A stretch of 64,000 nt of DNA from NCBI GenBank assembly GCA_963715985.1, contig CAVQSP010000009.1, forward strand, positions 32,001 to 96,000. Direction: 5' to 3'. Within the stretch, counting starts at the first letter, position 1. The number at the start of each line of letters is the position of its first letter. Below are positions 29,329 through 41,395 of the stretch, one piece after another. Position numbers and translations under genes: made by a program. This DNA comes from an uncultured Thermoleophilia bacterium (lineage in GTDB: Bacteria; Actinomycetota; Thermoleophilia; UBA2241). The notes below the pieces were generated by a model that ran no database searches, was not told the DNA's origin, and saw only the letters and a list, made by a program, of their open reading frames with translations.

Positions 29329-29811
29329 GTGCACCGCGTAGAGTCCGGGACGATGCCGACCGGGATGGAGCAGAGCGGGATCGTGATTCGTCGCAGCGAG
29401 GACTTCGCAGCAGCGCTCGAGCTCGCGAGGGAGGCGGAGCTTGAGGTCGCCCAGGATGCGAGCGAGCCGCTCGCGCTGTGGGGTGCCTTCGACGGTGAGC
29501 TGCTGGTCGGCGTGGTCACGCTGGCGGCTGAAGGCGACATCCCGATCGTGGGGTGGATCGCGGTCAAGGCCGCGTACCGCGGCCGGGGTATCGCGAGCCG
29601 GCTGCTGGCCGCCGCGGAGGAGGAAGCGCGCAGACGCGGCGAGACCGTCCTCTGGGCGACGGCCCGCGCACCCGGGTTCTTCATCTCCAGAGGCTACGAG
29701 GTGATCGCCTCCGGCGAGCAGCGGGACCTCCTGCTCACCGACTGCCGCGACTGCCGGCAGCTGGACAGCACCTGCTGGCCCCAAGTGGTGCGTAAGACCC
29801 TCGTTCCCTGA
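29329..29811 (+). CDS. GNAT N-acetyltransferase
   Basis: AVKAAYRGRGIASRL, FFISRGY; C-terminal CRDC. Confidence 0.85.
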   Translation: MHRVESGTMPTGMEQSGIVIRRSEDFAAALELAREAELEVAQDASEPLALWGAFDGELLVGVVTLAAEGDIPIVGWIAVKAAYRGRGIASRLLAAAEEEARRRGETVLWATARAPGFFISRGYEVIASGEQRDLLLTDCRDCRQLDSTCWPQVVRKTLVP

Positions 29812-29846
29812 GTCGCCGGGCGTCCCGCTCGACTGCCCTGCGGAAC

Positions 29847-30371
29847 TCAGGCCGGCGCCGGCGAGAGGCTCCACTGCGTCCACGTCATCCCCGTGGTCAC
29901 AAGCCACGTGCTCAGCAGGTCCAAGCCCACCACGAGAATCAGCAGGACCACCTCGAGCAGCGAGATCCAGTTCATCTGCCGGCTGTTGAACGTCGAGACG
30001 GTCACGATGCCCCCCGTAGGGCTGCGGCTCTCGGAGCCGCCGACGCTGCGGCACGCCGCGAACGCGGTCACGGCCATGGTGGAGGCGACGGCCGCGCTGC
30101 CGAAGTGGGGATCGCCGTGCTGCGCAAGGACCAGCAGGCACACGGCCACGAAGATGCCCACAACGCGGACCGTGGTGGGCATGCTCCTCGTGAGGATGGA
30201 AGCGTTGCGCGGCCGGGGCTTGCGCAGCATGAGCCCCGGCGTCTCCAGGCCGAAGCCCAGCGCCACACCGAGAGGAGCGTCGACGAGGAGGTCGATCCAG
30301 AGAGTCTGCGGGGCCGTGAACGGCTCGCCGGCGAGGATGTCGAAGATCGTCGCCTCGATGAAGGTGAGCAC
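29847..30371 (-). pseudogene. C-terminal remnant of a cation-transporting P-type ATPase (CtpF-like)
   Basis: PQTLWIDLLVDAPLGVALG.E.PGLM.RKPR and ASTMA; no DKTGT or N-terminal domains. Confidence 0.75.
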
Positions 30372-30423
30372 GAAGGCGGCCGGCGGGCGTGTCGCGGCCG
30401 GCCGGCAAGGCCGCTCCGGCCGT

Positions 30424-31195
30424 TCAGCCGGCCGGGACGATGAGCAGCGGGCAGGGGGCCGTGGCCAGCAGGGCCTTCACCACGGCCCCGTGACCGTCGG
30501 CGAAGCTGCCGTTCCAGCTGAGCACGATGAGCTCGGCGGCCAGCGACTCGCATCTCCTTGACGATGGTGGGGGCAGGCGCGCCGACACGCACGCAGACGC
30601 GGTGCCGGCCGCCCTCCGGGCACTGCGAGAAGCGCATGCAGAACTCGTCCTGCCAGGCGCTCCACTCGTAGTGCTCCTGGTCGACGATGCGCGGCGCCGG
30701 GAAGCTGCCCTCCTCGCCGGGCGTGGAACCGGTCATCACGTGCAGCATCACGATCTCGCGGCCGCGCGCGCACAGCGCGTCATCGGCGTGCTTCATGGCC
30801 GCCGACGCCGACGGACTGCCCTCGAGGGGCACGAGCAGACGGCGCAGGCCCGTGAGCGGGCGCATGCCCGGCCGCACCAGGAAGAGGGGCACGCCGTGAC
30901 CGCCCAGCAGGGTCTCGGTGACGTGGCCCAGGCCCGGCCCTGAGCGCGTGCGCAGCCCGAGGGCGACGGCGTGTACCTCCACTTTGCCGACGATGTCGGC
31001 CAGCGCACCGGCGGCGTCGCCCTCCAGCTCGACGATCTCGAGGCCGTCCACGTCTGCGCTGGGCAGCTCCGGCTCCCCGGGGTCGTGCACGTGCACGGCA
31101 CGCACTGTCCAGCCGGCAGCCTTCGCCAGGTTGCGGGAGCCGGCGACGAGCTCTGCGTCGGCGCGCGGGTCGGAGATGGCGACGAGGAGCGTCAA
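30424..31195 (-). CDS. Tandem-domain universal stress protein, frameshift near 30548
   Basis: LGHVTETLL...PLFLV, RLLVPLEGS; alternate frame ELIVLSW...LLATAPCPLLIVP*. Confidence 0.82.
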
Positions 31196-34100
31196 AGCTG
31201 GACGACCTCCCAAGGGCATCCGTCGGATCGCCGCAGACGGTGCTTGCCGGGAGAGAACTGCCGCTCCACCCCGTCGAGCAGAACCGTGAGCGCGGCTCGT
31301 TCTACTGTTATACCCACGTGGTCGGCGTGCTTGCTGCGACGCAGGTCGAACTCCGCCCGCGTGCCGCGGAACCACAACGGCACCCGCACCCGCTTCCACT
31401 GCGGCGGCAGGTGCGGGTCGATGAGCAGCGCCTCGTCGCGGCGCTGCAGCCCGGCGAAGCCCATCACCGCGGCCTGCCAGAGGCCACCCATGGTGGCCAT
31501 GTGCAGGCCGCGCGCCGCGTTGCCCATGTTGTCGGCGAGGTCGATGGCGGCCGCCATCTTGAAGTCCTCCACCGCGGTGGCCACGTCGCCCAGGCGCGCC
31601 GCGACGGCCGAGTAGATGCCCGGGCTCAGCGAGCTGCCGTGGCAGGTGATGGGCTCGTAGTAGTCGTAGTTGGCGCGTGCGATGTCGTCGCCGAACTCGT
31701 CCGAGAGGATGTGACACAGCATCACGACGTCGGCCTGTTTGACCACCTTGGCCTGCAGCGTCACGTCGCGCCCCAGAAGGAGGTCGGCGGGCATGGGCCG
31801 CGGCCGCAGCTTCTCGATGGGGATGTCCTCCATGCCGTAGAAGCCGGCGAACTGCTCGAACAGCTTGGTGTGCGGGTCGTACCCGTCGACGAGCCCGTAG
31901 GCGACCTCCAGCCAGTCCGAGATCTCCGGGTCTCCCAGGTCCAAGCGATCGCGCAGCTCCTGCGCGTACCCCGAGTCCACGCGCTCCAGCCACGCCAGCG
32001 CCTCCACGGCCTTGCCGATGTTCCAGCGCGCCAGCACGTTGGTGTACGCGTTGTCGTCGACGCCCTCGTGGTACTCGTCCGGTCCCACAACCAGGCGGAT
32101 GTGGTAGCGGTCGTCCTCCCCGCGCGACGCGCGCGAGGCCCAGAAGCGCGCCGTCTCGAGCATGATCTCCACGCCCATGGAGGCCATGAACGCGTCATCG
32201 CCCGTGCCCTTCCAGTACTCCCACACGCCCCACGCCACGTCGCCGGAGATGTGGTGCTCCATCAGCCCGGAGAGGATGGGGATCATCTCGCCATCGGGGC
32301 CGCGGCCGTAGGGCGGCGTGGTCTCGGTGCCCTTATCGGCCGATTCCCACGGGTACAGCGCCCCCCGGTGGCCCATGTGGCGCGCCTTCTCGCGGGCGCC
32401 GTCGAGGTTGCGGTACCGGTACGCAAGCAGCGTGCGCGCCGTCTGCGGGTGCGTGTAGATGAAGAAGGGCAGCACGAAGATCTCCGTGTCCCAGAACACG
32501 TGCAGGAAGTACGACATGCCGCCCAGGCCGCGAGCCCCCACCGACACTGTGTCCTTGGTCGGGTGCGCCGTGCTGATCATGTGGTAGATGCTGAAGCGCA
32601 GGGCCTGCTGGTCTGAGGGGTCGCCGTCCACGCGCAGGTCGGCGTCGCGCCAGCGCTCGGCCCACGCCGCGCGGTGGCGGCTGAGGAGCTCGTCGAAGCC
32701 CAGCTCCTCGGCCTTGTCCAGCACACGGCGCGCCGAGTCCGTGGAGGGCACGCGGGTGCGCGCCGACACGAGCGCGGCGAGCCGGTCCACAGTGGCGGGG
32801 TCGCCGGGCGCGAGGCGCCCGCCGATGACGTCGCGCGCCTGCTCCATGTGGCGCGCGACGGGAGAGCCGGGCGCCGGGCGCGTGGTCACGGCGAGCACGT
32901 GCCCGCCGCCGCCGCGGCCGCGCGTTCGCGCCACGAACCCCGGCCGGTCCAGGCGCTCGAACACCGTCTCCCGGGTGGGGCCGCCGGCGTGCGAGACGCC
33001 TACAGCGCCCTCCCAGGTGATGCGGCCGCTGAAGTCCTCCGGGCGCGCTTCGGCGCGGGCCGCCAGCACCTGGCGGTCGGCCAGCGACGCGAAGCGCGCC
33101 GTGCGTACCGCCAGCGTGCGGCCCTCTCCCTCGCGCTGCCGCCAGTAGCGGTAGACGACGCCGTCCCTCATGTCGAGCACGCGGTGGTGGTCCATCAGCT
33201 CGCCGGTGGAGAGATTCACGTGGCGCCCGTCCACCTTGAGTCGCAACCCGGTCCAGTCCGGCGCCGGCACCGGCTGCCTGAACGGCGGGTCGTCGGTGCC
33301 GTCGCCGTACACGCCCGCCACGAAGGTGGCCGGCGTGCTCACGGCCGAGCCCTCCTCCACGGCCCCGCGCGTACCGCTCTCACCGTTCGCCACCGTGAGC
33401 CACGTCTCCACTTCGCGCTCGCGGAACGGGTCGAACCCTTTGACCTCGAAGCGCCACGCCGCGTCGCCGGTGGGTTCCGGGAACTGGCGCAGTGCCACCA
33501 CCTCGCGCCGCGCGAGCTGGTCGTGCAGCACGCGTAGCGTCTCCTGCGGGCCGCCGCCGAGATGCAACACGCGTCGCGGGACACCGCTGGGCTCCGAACC
33601 CACGGAGACGAAGACGGAGCGCCGCAGCTCCGGCAGGAGCATCAGGTAGTCGCTGCCTGCGCTCTCGCCGAGCGGCCCGAACTGGTCGCCGAACACGAGC
33701 ATCTCCTGCGGGCGGCGCCCGCGCGCCTCGATGAGGGACCTCAGCACGTGGCGCATGCTGTCACTCTTGTCGGTGACGCCGATCTCGACGTGCTTGCCGT
33801 CGGTGGTGATGGCGGGGTGCAGGAGGCCCGCCTCCACGGCGTACAGGCGGGCCAGCTCGATGCACTCGGTCAGGCCGTGCACGCCGGCGGCGGCGAGGCG
33901 CTCGCCCACGCGGCGCTGCAGTTCGGTGAACTCGCTCTTGGGCGGGTCCGGCCAGTCGGGGATCAGGTCGACCTTGCGCCGGTTGAGGCGGTCGTAGACG
34001 ACGCCGACCTGCAAGCCCTCCGCCGTGAGCTTGTCGCGCAGCGCCTCCGCCGCCTCGGTGAGCTGCCGCTCCTCCTCCGCCGAGGCCTGGCGCCGTTCGA

Positions 34101-34389
34101 GCAGCCGAGGGCCTCCCGGGCCGACCACGTACACCTCGCTCCCGCGCGAGAGGAACAGGAACAGGCGGCCCTCGGCGTCGGGCCTGGCGCGCAGCTGCCC
34201 GTCCACGTTCTTCACGCTGGTACCACTGATGACGGCCACGTCCACGCCGACCGCCGTCAGCCGTTCGATGCGGCTGCGCACGGCCGTCGCGTCGGCCTGC
34301 CGGTCGGCGACAGCGGTGCCGTCCCAGTTGAAGCACAGCACGGCGAACTCGCGATCGAGCGACTGGCGGATGTCGAGGGGGCGTGACAT
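31192..34389 (-). CDS. HAD-IIB-like domain fused to glycoside hydrolase family 65 phosphorylase (OtsB1-like)
   Basis: FNWDGT...ISG...FGDQF N-terminal domain; HVFWDTE, YPWES, GPDEYHE, KQADV, HGSSLS GH65 motifs. Confidence 0.88.
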   Translation of the reverse strand: MSRPLDIRQSLDREFAVLCFNWDGTAVADRQADATAVRSRIERLTAVGVDVAVISGTSVKNVDGQLRARPDAEGRLFLFLSRGSEVYVVGPGGPRLLERRQASAEEERQLTEAAEALRDKLTAEGLQVGVVYDRLNRRKVDLIPDWPDPPKSEFTELQRRVGERLAAAGVHGLTECIELARLYAVEAGLLHPAITTDGKHVEIGVTDKSDSMRHVLRSLIEARGRRPQEMLVFGDQFGPLGESAGSDYLMLLPELRRSVFVSVGSEPSGVPRRVLHLGGGPQETLRVLHDQLARREVVALRQFPEPTGDAAWRFEVKGFDPFREREVETWLTVANGESGTRGAVEEGSAVSTPATFVAGVYGDGTDDPPFRQPVPAPDWTGLRLKVDGRHVNLSTGELMDHHRVLDMRDGVVYRYWRQREGEGRTLAVRTARFASLADRQVLAARAEARPEDFSGRITWEGAVGVSHAGGPTRETVFERLDRPGFVARTRGRGGGGHVLAVTTRPAPGSPVARHMEQARDVIGGRLAPGDPATVDRLAALVSARTRVPSTDSARRVLDKAEELGFDELLSRHRAAWAERWRDADLRVDGDPSDQQALRFSIYHMISTAHPTKDTVSVGARGLGGMSYFLHVFWDTEIFVLPFFIYTHPQTARTLLAYRYRNLDGAREKARHMGHRGALYPWESADKGTETTPPYGRGPDGEMIPILSGLMEHHISGDVAWGVWEYWKGTGDDAFMASMGVEIMLETARFWASRASRGEDDRYHIRLVVGPDEYHEGVDDNAYTNVLARWNIGKAVEALAWLERVDSGYAQELRDRLDLGDPEISDWLEVAYGLVDGYDPHTKLFEQFAGFYGMEDIPIEKLRPRPMPADLLLGRDVTLQAKVVKQADVVMLCHILSDEFGDDIARANYDYYEPITCHGSSLSPGIYSAVAARLGDVATAVEDFKMAAAIDLADNMGNAARGLHMATMGGLWQAAVMGFAGLQRRDEALLIDPHLPPQWKRVRVPLWFRGTRAEFDLRRSKHADHVGITVERAALTVLLDGVERQFSPGKHRLRRSDGCPWEVVQL

Positions 34390-34495
34390 GCCCTCTCATC
34401 CTGCCCCATCTGGCGCCGTCGTGCACGACACCGCGATACACTGGGCACACCGGCGTCGCCGGCGCCGGCGCCGAGACAACGGCCCAGAGGTGCCC

Positions 34496-35767
34496 ATGCC
34501 CCAGTTCGACGTCGCCCACGTGCGCAGCCAGTTCCCCGCTCTCAAGCGGATCGTCGACGATCATCCCGTGGCCTACTTCGACGCCCCCGGCGGCACCCAG
34601 ACCCCGCAGTGCGTGGCGGACGCCGTGGCCGGTTACCTGCTCGGCCACAACAGCAACATCCACGGGTGCTTCGCGGCCAGCGCCGAGACCGACGCGATCA
34701 TCGACGGCGCGCGCCGCGCGGCCGCCGACTTCCTCGGCTGCGACTGGACCGAGGTCAGCTTCGGCGCCAACATGACGACCCTGAACTTCCTCCTCGCCGG
34801 CGCCCTTGCCGGCGAGCTCAAGCCCGGCGACGAGGTGGTGATCACGGCCCTCGACCACGAAGCCAACCGGGGGCCGTGGCTGCGCCTCGCGGAGCGCGAC
34901 GTGGTGGTTCGCGAGGTGCCTGTGGACCTGGCCACGTGCACGCTGGACTGGGAGGCGTTCGAGCGCATCGTCCAGCCGGGAGGGACCAAGGTGGTCGCGC
35001 TCGGCTACGCCTCCAACGCGGTCGGCACCGTGAACGACGTGGCGCGCGCCGCGCGCCTGGCGCGCGCCGCCGGTGCGTACAGCGTGGTGGACGCCGTGCA
35101 CTACGCCCTGCACGGCCCCATCGACGTGGCCGCCGTCGGCTGCGACTTCCTGCTGTGCTCGGCCTACAAGTTCTTCGGCCCGCACGTCGGCCTCCTGTAC
35201 GCGCGCCGCGCAGCCACCGATCACGTGGAGCCACTGCGGCTGCGCACGCAGGAGCAGGAGCCGCCATACATCTGGGAGACGGGGACGCTGGACCACGAAG
35301 GCATCGCCGGCACGGCCGCCGCCATCGACTTCATCGCCGACATGGGGGGGCGCAACATGGGCCTCGTGGAGGCAAGGCTGCCCGCGGACCTCTCGGGCCG
35401 CCGCCGTGCCATCGTGGCCGGCATGCTCGCCGCTGAGGCCTACGAGCAGCCGCTTGCCGCGCGGCTGCGCGAACAGCTCGCGGCCGTCCCCGGCGTCACC
35501 CTGTACGGGCCGCCGGAGGGCAGCCCGCGCACCTCCACGGTCTCGTTCACGCTGGACGGCTTCAGCGCCGAGCAGGCCTGCCGGGCACTCGGCGCCCGTG
35601 GCATCTTCTCCTGGGACGGGCACTTCTACGCCTTCCGCCTCGTCGAGCAGCTGGGCCTGCTCGATCGCGGCGGGCTCATCCGCGTCGGGCTTGCCCCGTA
35701 CAACACTGTGGCCGAGCTCGAGCGCCTCGTCACCGCGGTCACCGACCTCTCCCGCTCCGTCAGATGA
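34496..35767 (+). CDS. Cysteine desulfurase-like class V aminotransferase (TIGR01976-like)
   Basis: YFDAPGGTQ, LDHEAN, VDAVH, CSAYKFFGPH, ETGT, WDGHFYA. Confidence 0.88.
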   Translation: MPQFDVAHVRSQFPALKRIVDDHPVAYFDAPGGTQTPQCVADAVAGYLLGHNSNIHGCFAASAETDAIIDGARRAAADFLGCDWTEVSFGANMTTLNFLLAGALAGELKPGDEVVITALDHEANRGPWLRLAERDVVVREVPVDLATCTLDWEAFERIVQPGGTKVVALGYASNAVGTVNDVARAARLARAAGAYSVVDAVHYALHGPIDVAAVGCDFLLCSAYKFFGPHVGLLYARRAATDHVEPLRLRTQEQEPPYIWETGTLDHEGIAGTAAAIDFIADMGGRNMGLVEARLPADLSGRRRAIVAGMLAAEAYEQPLAARLREQLAAVPGVTLYGPPEGSPRTSTVSFTLDGFSAEQACRALGARGIFSWDGHFYAFRLVEQLGLLDRGGLIRVGLAPYNTVAELERLVTAVTDLSRSVR

Positions 35768-36873
35768 ACGCGGCGCCCAGCCCTTCGCGCGCAGCCGGCC
35801 CTCGCAACGGCGACGGTGATTCCACGCCGGCACGCGGCGTGCGGACCGTGAGGGTCTGCCTGCTGGGCTTCGGGCATGTCGCACGGGCCTTCTGCGAGCT
35901 GCTCGCTCGGCAGGAGGCCGTGCTGGCCGAGCGTCACGGCCTGCGTGTGTTGGTGAGCGGCGTGGGGACGCGGCACGGCAGCCTCCTCGCTCCTGAGGGA
36001 CTTACGCCCGCTGCGGTGCTGGCCGCCATCGGCCGCGCTGCGGCGCCGCCCGGCCCACACCGGCCCGCCGCCGAGCTGCTCGGCGCCTCCGGCGCCGACG
36101 TGCTCGTCGAACTCACGGTGATGCAGAAGGACTTCGCACCTCAGGCCACCGCCCACCTCGAGGTGGCCTTCGCGCTCGGCATGGACGTGGTGACGGCCAA
36201 CAAGGGGCCCGTCGCCTGGAACTGGCGGCGCGTCGCGGCCGCCGCCGCGGCCGCCGGGCGCCGCCTCCGCTTCGAGAGCACCGTGATGGACGGCCTCCCC
36301 GTGTTCAGCCTCCTCGAGTTCGCCCTCCCGGACTGCCGGCTGCTCGGCTTCGAGGCCGTGTTCAACGCCACCACCAACTTCATCCTGGACGCCATGGCCG
36401 GGGGACGGTCCTTCTCCGAGGGCCTCGCGCACGCGCAGGCCGAGGGGTACGCGGAGGCGGACCCGGCCCACGACATCGACGGCTGGGACGCCGCCTGCAA
36501 AGCGGCGGCCCTGGCCAACGTCGCCATGGACGCCGGCATCACGCCCGCCGACGTGGAGCGCCAGAGCCTGCGCGACGTGCCGCAGGAGCGCATCGCGGCG
36601 GCCCGCGCCGCCGGCCGCCGCCTGCGCCTCGTCACCACCGTGTGGCGGGAGGAGCGGGCCGCCTTCGAGGCCGCCGGCCACGTCCGCGCCCACGTGCGCG
36701 CCGAGGAGCTCGACATCGACCACCCGCTGGCGTCGCTGAGCGGCGAGTCGCTGGGCGCGGTGCTGCACACCGACCTCATGGCCGACGTCGTCGTCTGCGA
36801 GCGGCACGCCCTCGTGCCGCAGACGGCCTACGGCGTGTACGCCGACCTGCTGCACCTGTGCCGGACCAGCTGA
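35764..36873 (+). CDS. hom: Homoserine dehydrogenase (no ACT domain)
   Basis: LGFGHV, VVTANKGP, FESTVMDGLP, NATTNFIL, AEADP..DIDGWDAA.K. Confidence 0.88.
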   Translation: MNAAPSPSRAAGPRNGDGDSTPARGVRTVRVCLLGFGHVARAFCELLARQEAVLAERHGLRVLVSGVGTRHGSLLAPEGLTPAAVLAAIGRAAAPPGPHRPAAELLGASGADVLVELTVMQKDFAPQATAHLEVAFALGMDVVTANKGPVAWNWRRVAAAAAAAGRRLRFESTVMDGLPVFSLLEFALPDCRLLGFEAVFNATTNFILDAMAGGRSFSEGLAHAQAEGYAEADPAHDIDGWDAACKAAALANVAMDAGITPADVERQSLRDVPQERIAAARAAGRRLRLVTTVWREERAAFEAAGHVRAHVRAEELDIDHPLASLSGESLGAVLHTDLMADVVVCERHALVPQTAYGVYADLLHLCRTS

Positions 36874-38072
36874 GCGGCAGCGGCGGCGCGGGACCCGCCC
36901 CCGGCACGCCGGCCACGGGCGCCGCGGCGGCGGGGCCGGGGGCCGCTGCGCCGCCTCTCGGATCGCCCGGGTCCGCGCCGGCCCGTCGCCGCCTCGACCC
37001 CCGCCTCCGCGCCTTCCTCGTCTCGCTGGTCGTCGTCGCGGCCGGCGCCGCGCTCGGCACGGGCGGCTTCCTCGTGGAACAGTCGCGAGCCACGTGGCGG
37101 CCGCAGGTGACGACGGCCGGCAGCGGCTGGCGTATCTCCACCTCACACGGGCAGCGCCTGGGCGGCGCGGCGCTGGGCGGCGACAAGCTCGTCTGGAACG
37201 CCGGCGCCTTCACGCTGCTCACCGACCTCGCCACCGGCAGGACCCAGCTGCTCGGAGCGGCGGCGCTCGCCGGCAACGCCTCGGCGCCGGCGGCCTCAGA
37301 CAGGTACGCCGTCTGGATGGAGATACAGCAGGGCGCGCGCTCGGGGACGATCGTGTGGGCCTACGAGATGGCCAACGGCAGACGGACGCGGCTGGAGGGC
37401 GCCGCCGGCGTCGACCGCTCGCCCGCGGTCGCCGGCTCCACCGCGGTGTGGGCCACGGAGCTCGCCGGCGGACAGGAGTGGCTGGTGCACGGCGTGGACG
37501 TCGCCTCGGGACGCGCCCTGCGGCTCGCCAAGACGCCCGTCGCCGACGACCTCACCGGCGGCGGCACGCTGGCAGCCTGGGTCAGCCGGCGGACCACCGT
37601 GACGGCACCGCCGGTGATCACCGTGGCCGACCTGGCCGGCGACCTGCGCCGGCAGGTGGCGCCCTACGTGGACGCGCAGAGCAGCCGGCTCATCGGCTTC
37701 GCTCTGGCCGGCCGCTCCCTCCTCTGGGCGCGCGCCGCCGGCGGCGCGAACGACCAGATCGTCGCGTTCGACGTGGACACCGGGGCGACACGCGTCGTCG
37801 CGAGCGCTCCCGGCGTCCGGGCAGTGGCCGCAGCCGGCGACCTGCTCGTGTGGGCCGAGGGCGCGCCGGCCGGAGGCGGGCGCGTCATGGGCCTGCGCCT
37901 CGGCACCGGCGCCTCCTACGTCGGCACGCATTCGGGCGATTCCCCGTTCGTCATCGCCGAGGTGAGCGGCGGTACCATCACCGACGTGTACGCCGGCTCG
38001 GCCACCGCGGCCTGGCGGGTCCGCGGCGCCTTGTTCTTCGACAGCTACCTGCAGACGGCGGGGGTGCGCTGA
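36870..38072 (+). CDS. Hypothetical membrane-anchored beta-rich (propeller-like) protein; start uncertain
   Basis: One TM segment followed by repeated xxVW beta motifs. Confidence 0.55.
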   Translation: MSGSGGAGPAPGTPATGAAAAGPGAAAPPLGSPGSAPARRRLDPRLRAFLVSLVVVAAGAALGTGGFLVEQSRATWRPQVTTAGSGWRISTSHGQRLGGAALGGDKLVWNAGAFTLLTDLATGRTQLLGAAALAGNASAPAASDRYAVWMEIQQGARSGTIVWAYEMANGRRTRLEGAAGVDRSPAVAGSTAVWATELAGGQEWLVHGVDVASGRALRLAKTPVADDLTGGGTLAAWVSRRTTVTAPPVITVADLAGDLRRQVAPYVDAQSSRLIGFALAGRSLLWARAAGGANDQIVAFDVDTGATRVVASAPGVRAVAAAGDLLVWAEGAPAGGGRVMGLRLGTGASYVGTHSGDSPFVIAEVSGGTITDVYAGSATAAWRVRGALFFDSYLQTAGVR

Positions 38073-38416
38073 TGGGCCGCTGGACGCGACGCCGCTCGCC
38101 GCTCACGGGCTCGTTCGGGCGCCTCGTGCTGTTCTGCACGCTCATCGAGCTGTGGGCCCTCAACGTCGCCGACCTGCTGCTCACCCGCTATGCGCTGTGG
38201 TTGGGCTTCGCCAAGGAGTCCAACGGCGTGATGGACTACTTCTTCCGCTCCGGCGCGGTGCCCACGATCGCGTTCAAGATCGGCATCGTCACCGTGGGCA
38301 CCCTGCTGCTGTGGCGCCTGCGCCGCTACGGTGCCGCGCTCTTCGCGGCCGTTCTGCTCACCGGCGTCTTCTCGGCCGTGGTGGTGTACCAGGCGCTCTG
38401 GGTGCTGAGCTTCTGA
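38072..38416 (+). CDS. DUF5658-like membrane protein
   Basis: LNVADLLLT..L..G..ESN.VM...FK; TGATG coupling with the upstream gene. Confidence 0.7.
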   Translation: MGRWTRRRSPLTGSFGRLVLFCTLIELWALNVADLLLTRYALWLGFAKESNGVMDYFFRSGAVPTIAFKIGIVTVGTLLLWRLRRYGAALFAAVLLTGVFSAVVVYQALWVLSF

Positions 38417-38450
38417 GCACGAAGCGCTGATCGTCACCTTGTCACACGTG

Positions 38451-38485
38451 CATCATGCCATCATACTGGTATCGATACCATCATG
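38451..38485 (+). promoter_or_regulatory. Putative antitoxin operator
   Basis: Perfect palindrome TGGTATCGATACCA (38467-38480) and three CATCAT repeats. Confidence 0.55.
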
Positions 38486-38755
38486 GCGACCAAGGAGCCA
38501 AGCATGGTCCGCATGCAGATCCAGTTCACGGAGGAGGAGATCGTGGCGCTGCGCACAGAAGCCGCGCAGCGCCACATGTCGATCTCTGCGGTCGTCCGCG
38601 ACGCGGTGGACGAGAGTCTGTCTCGCGGTCGTTGCACTCCGTCTCGCGACGAGCTCGTCCGCCGCTCGCTGGCGGCCATGGGACGATTCCACTCAGGGAC
38701 GGGCGACGTTTCCGCCCGGCACGACGAGTACTTCGCCGATTCCATCATCGAGTGA
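38483..38755 (+). CDS. CopG/RHH antitoxin
   Basis: MVRMQIQFTEEE...SISAVVRDAV...GRFHSG..DVS..HDEY. Confidence 0.85.
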   Translation: MATKEPSMVRMQIQFTEEEIVALRTEAAQRHMSISAVVRDAVDESLSRGRCTPSRDELVRRSLAAMGRFHSGTGDVSARHDEYFADSIIE

Positions 38756-39159
38756 CCGCCTTCGTCGACACCTCCGCGCTCATCGCTTTCCTGGACGCCG
38801 ACGATCCCGCCCACGCCGCCTGCCGCGAGGCATGGAGGCGCGCCGTCTTCGCGGCCGAAGGGCTCGTGACTCACGACTACGTGGTCCTCGAGTCCGTCGC
38901 GGTCGCTCAACGTCGGTGGGGCCTGGACGCTGTCCGCACGCTCCTGGATGAGTACTTGCCCCTCGTCGAGGTCGGCACTGTCTCGGCAGAGGATCGCACC
39001 GCCGCCCTCAACGCCCTCCTGGCAGCGGGCCGACGTCAGCTCAGTCTGGTCGATTGCGTCAGCTTCATCGTCATGCGGCGCCTGGGCATCCGCGAGTACC
39101 TCGGCCTGGATGCCCATTTCGACGAGCAAGGCTTCACACGGTACGCGCACGCCGACTGA
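38752..39159 (+). CDS. vapC: PIN-domain toxin
   Basis: FVDTSAL, YVVLE, LSLVDCVSF, LDAHF. Confidence 0.9.
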   Translation: MTAFVDTSALIAFLDADDPAHAACREAWRRAVFAAEGLVTHDYVVLESVAVAQRRWGLDAVRTLLDEYLPLVEVGTVSAEDRTAALNALLAAGRRQLSLVDCVSFIVMRRLGIREYLGLDAHFDEQGFTRYAHAD

Positions 39160-39189
39160 CGTGCGAGCCCTGCGGCGCGCACCGACCCC

Positions 39190-40548
<1,359 letters not shown>

Positions 40549-40687
40549 CTGACTGGAGGCTCCTTGAAAACGGCCGGGCGCGGCGCTGTCACCCACGGGT
40601 GTGGGGCCGGGTCCCCGGAAAGTGGTGACAGTCTACTCGATGAGGGCGCGGCGTGAAGCCGGTGGCGAGGGCCGCGGCAGCGCCCGC

Positions 40688-41395
40688 TCACACCGCGCCG
40701 TACGCGTCCAGGCGCACGTCGTCCGCGACCGCGTAGACCATCTCCGTGCAGGCGGCGATCTCGGCGACCGTGTGGCCGCGGGCGACCTCCTCGAGGACGA
40801 ACCCGCGATCGGGGTAGCGGCGGAACAGGGCACGCTCGGTGATGATCACGTCGCACTCTCCGGCGCCGGTGAGGGGCAGCGTGCAGCGCCGGACAAGCTT
40901 GGGCGCGCCCTCCTTCGTGCAGTGCTCCGTGAGCACGTACACGGTGCGCGCCCCCGCCACCAGGTCCATGGCGCCGCCCATGCCGATCTTGCGGCCCGGC
41001 ATCTCGTAGTTGGCGATGTCGCCCTCGCCGTCCACCTGCAGCGTGCCCAGCATGGTGGCGGCCACGCGGCCGCCGCGGATCATGCCGAACGAGGTGGCCG
41101 AGTCGAAGTAGGAGCCGCCGGGCAGCAGCGTCACGTAGAGGTTGCCGGCGTTACGGCGGTCCGGGTCCTCCCGGCCGGGCGCCGACACCGGCCCCACGCC
41201 GAGGATGCCGTTCTCCGACTGGATGATGACGTCGATGTGCTCGGGGATGTAGTTGGCGACGAGCATGGGGATGCCGGCGCCGAGATTCGTCACCTGGCCG
41301 TCCTCGAGCTCCAGGGCGGCGCGGGCGGCGATGACGCAGCGGTCATCGAGGGGCCCGGCCGGGCATTCCTCCGGCACGTGCGCGGCGGCGCTCAT
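40688..41395 (-). CDS. Family I CoA-transferase subunit B (AtoA/ScoB-like)
   Basis: NLGAGIP, SENG catalytic Glu, GMGGAMDLV, CTLPLTG. Confidence 0.92.
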   Translation of the reverse strand: MSAAAHVPEECPAGPLDDRCVIAARAALELEDGQVTNLGAGIPMLVANYIPEHIDVIIQSENGILGVGPVSAPGREDPDRRNAGNLYVTLLPGGSYFDSATSFGMIRGGRVAATMLGTLQVDGEGDIANYEMPGRKIGMGGAMDLVAGARTVYVLTEHCTKEGAPKLVRRCTLPLTGAGECDVIITERALFRRYPDRGFVLEEVARGHTVAEIAACTEMVYAVADDVRLDAYGAV

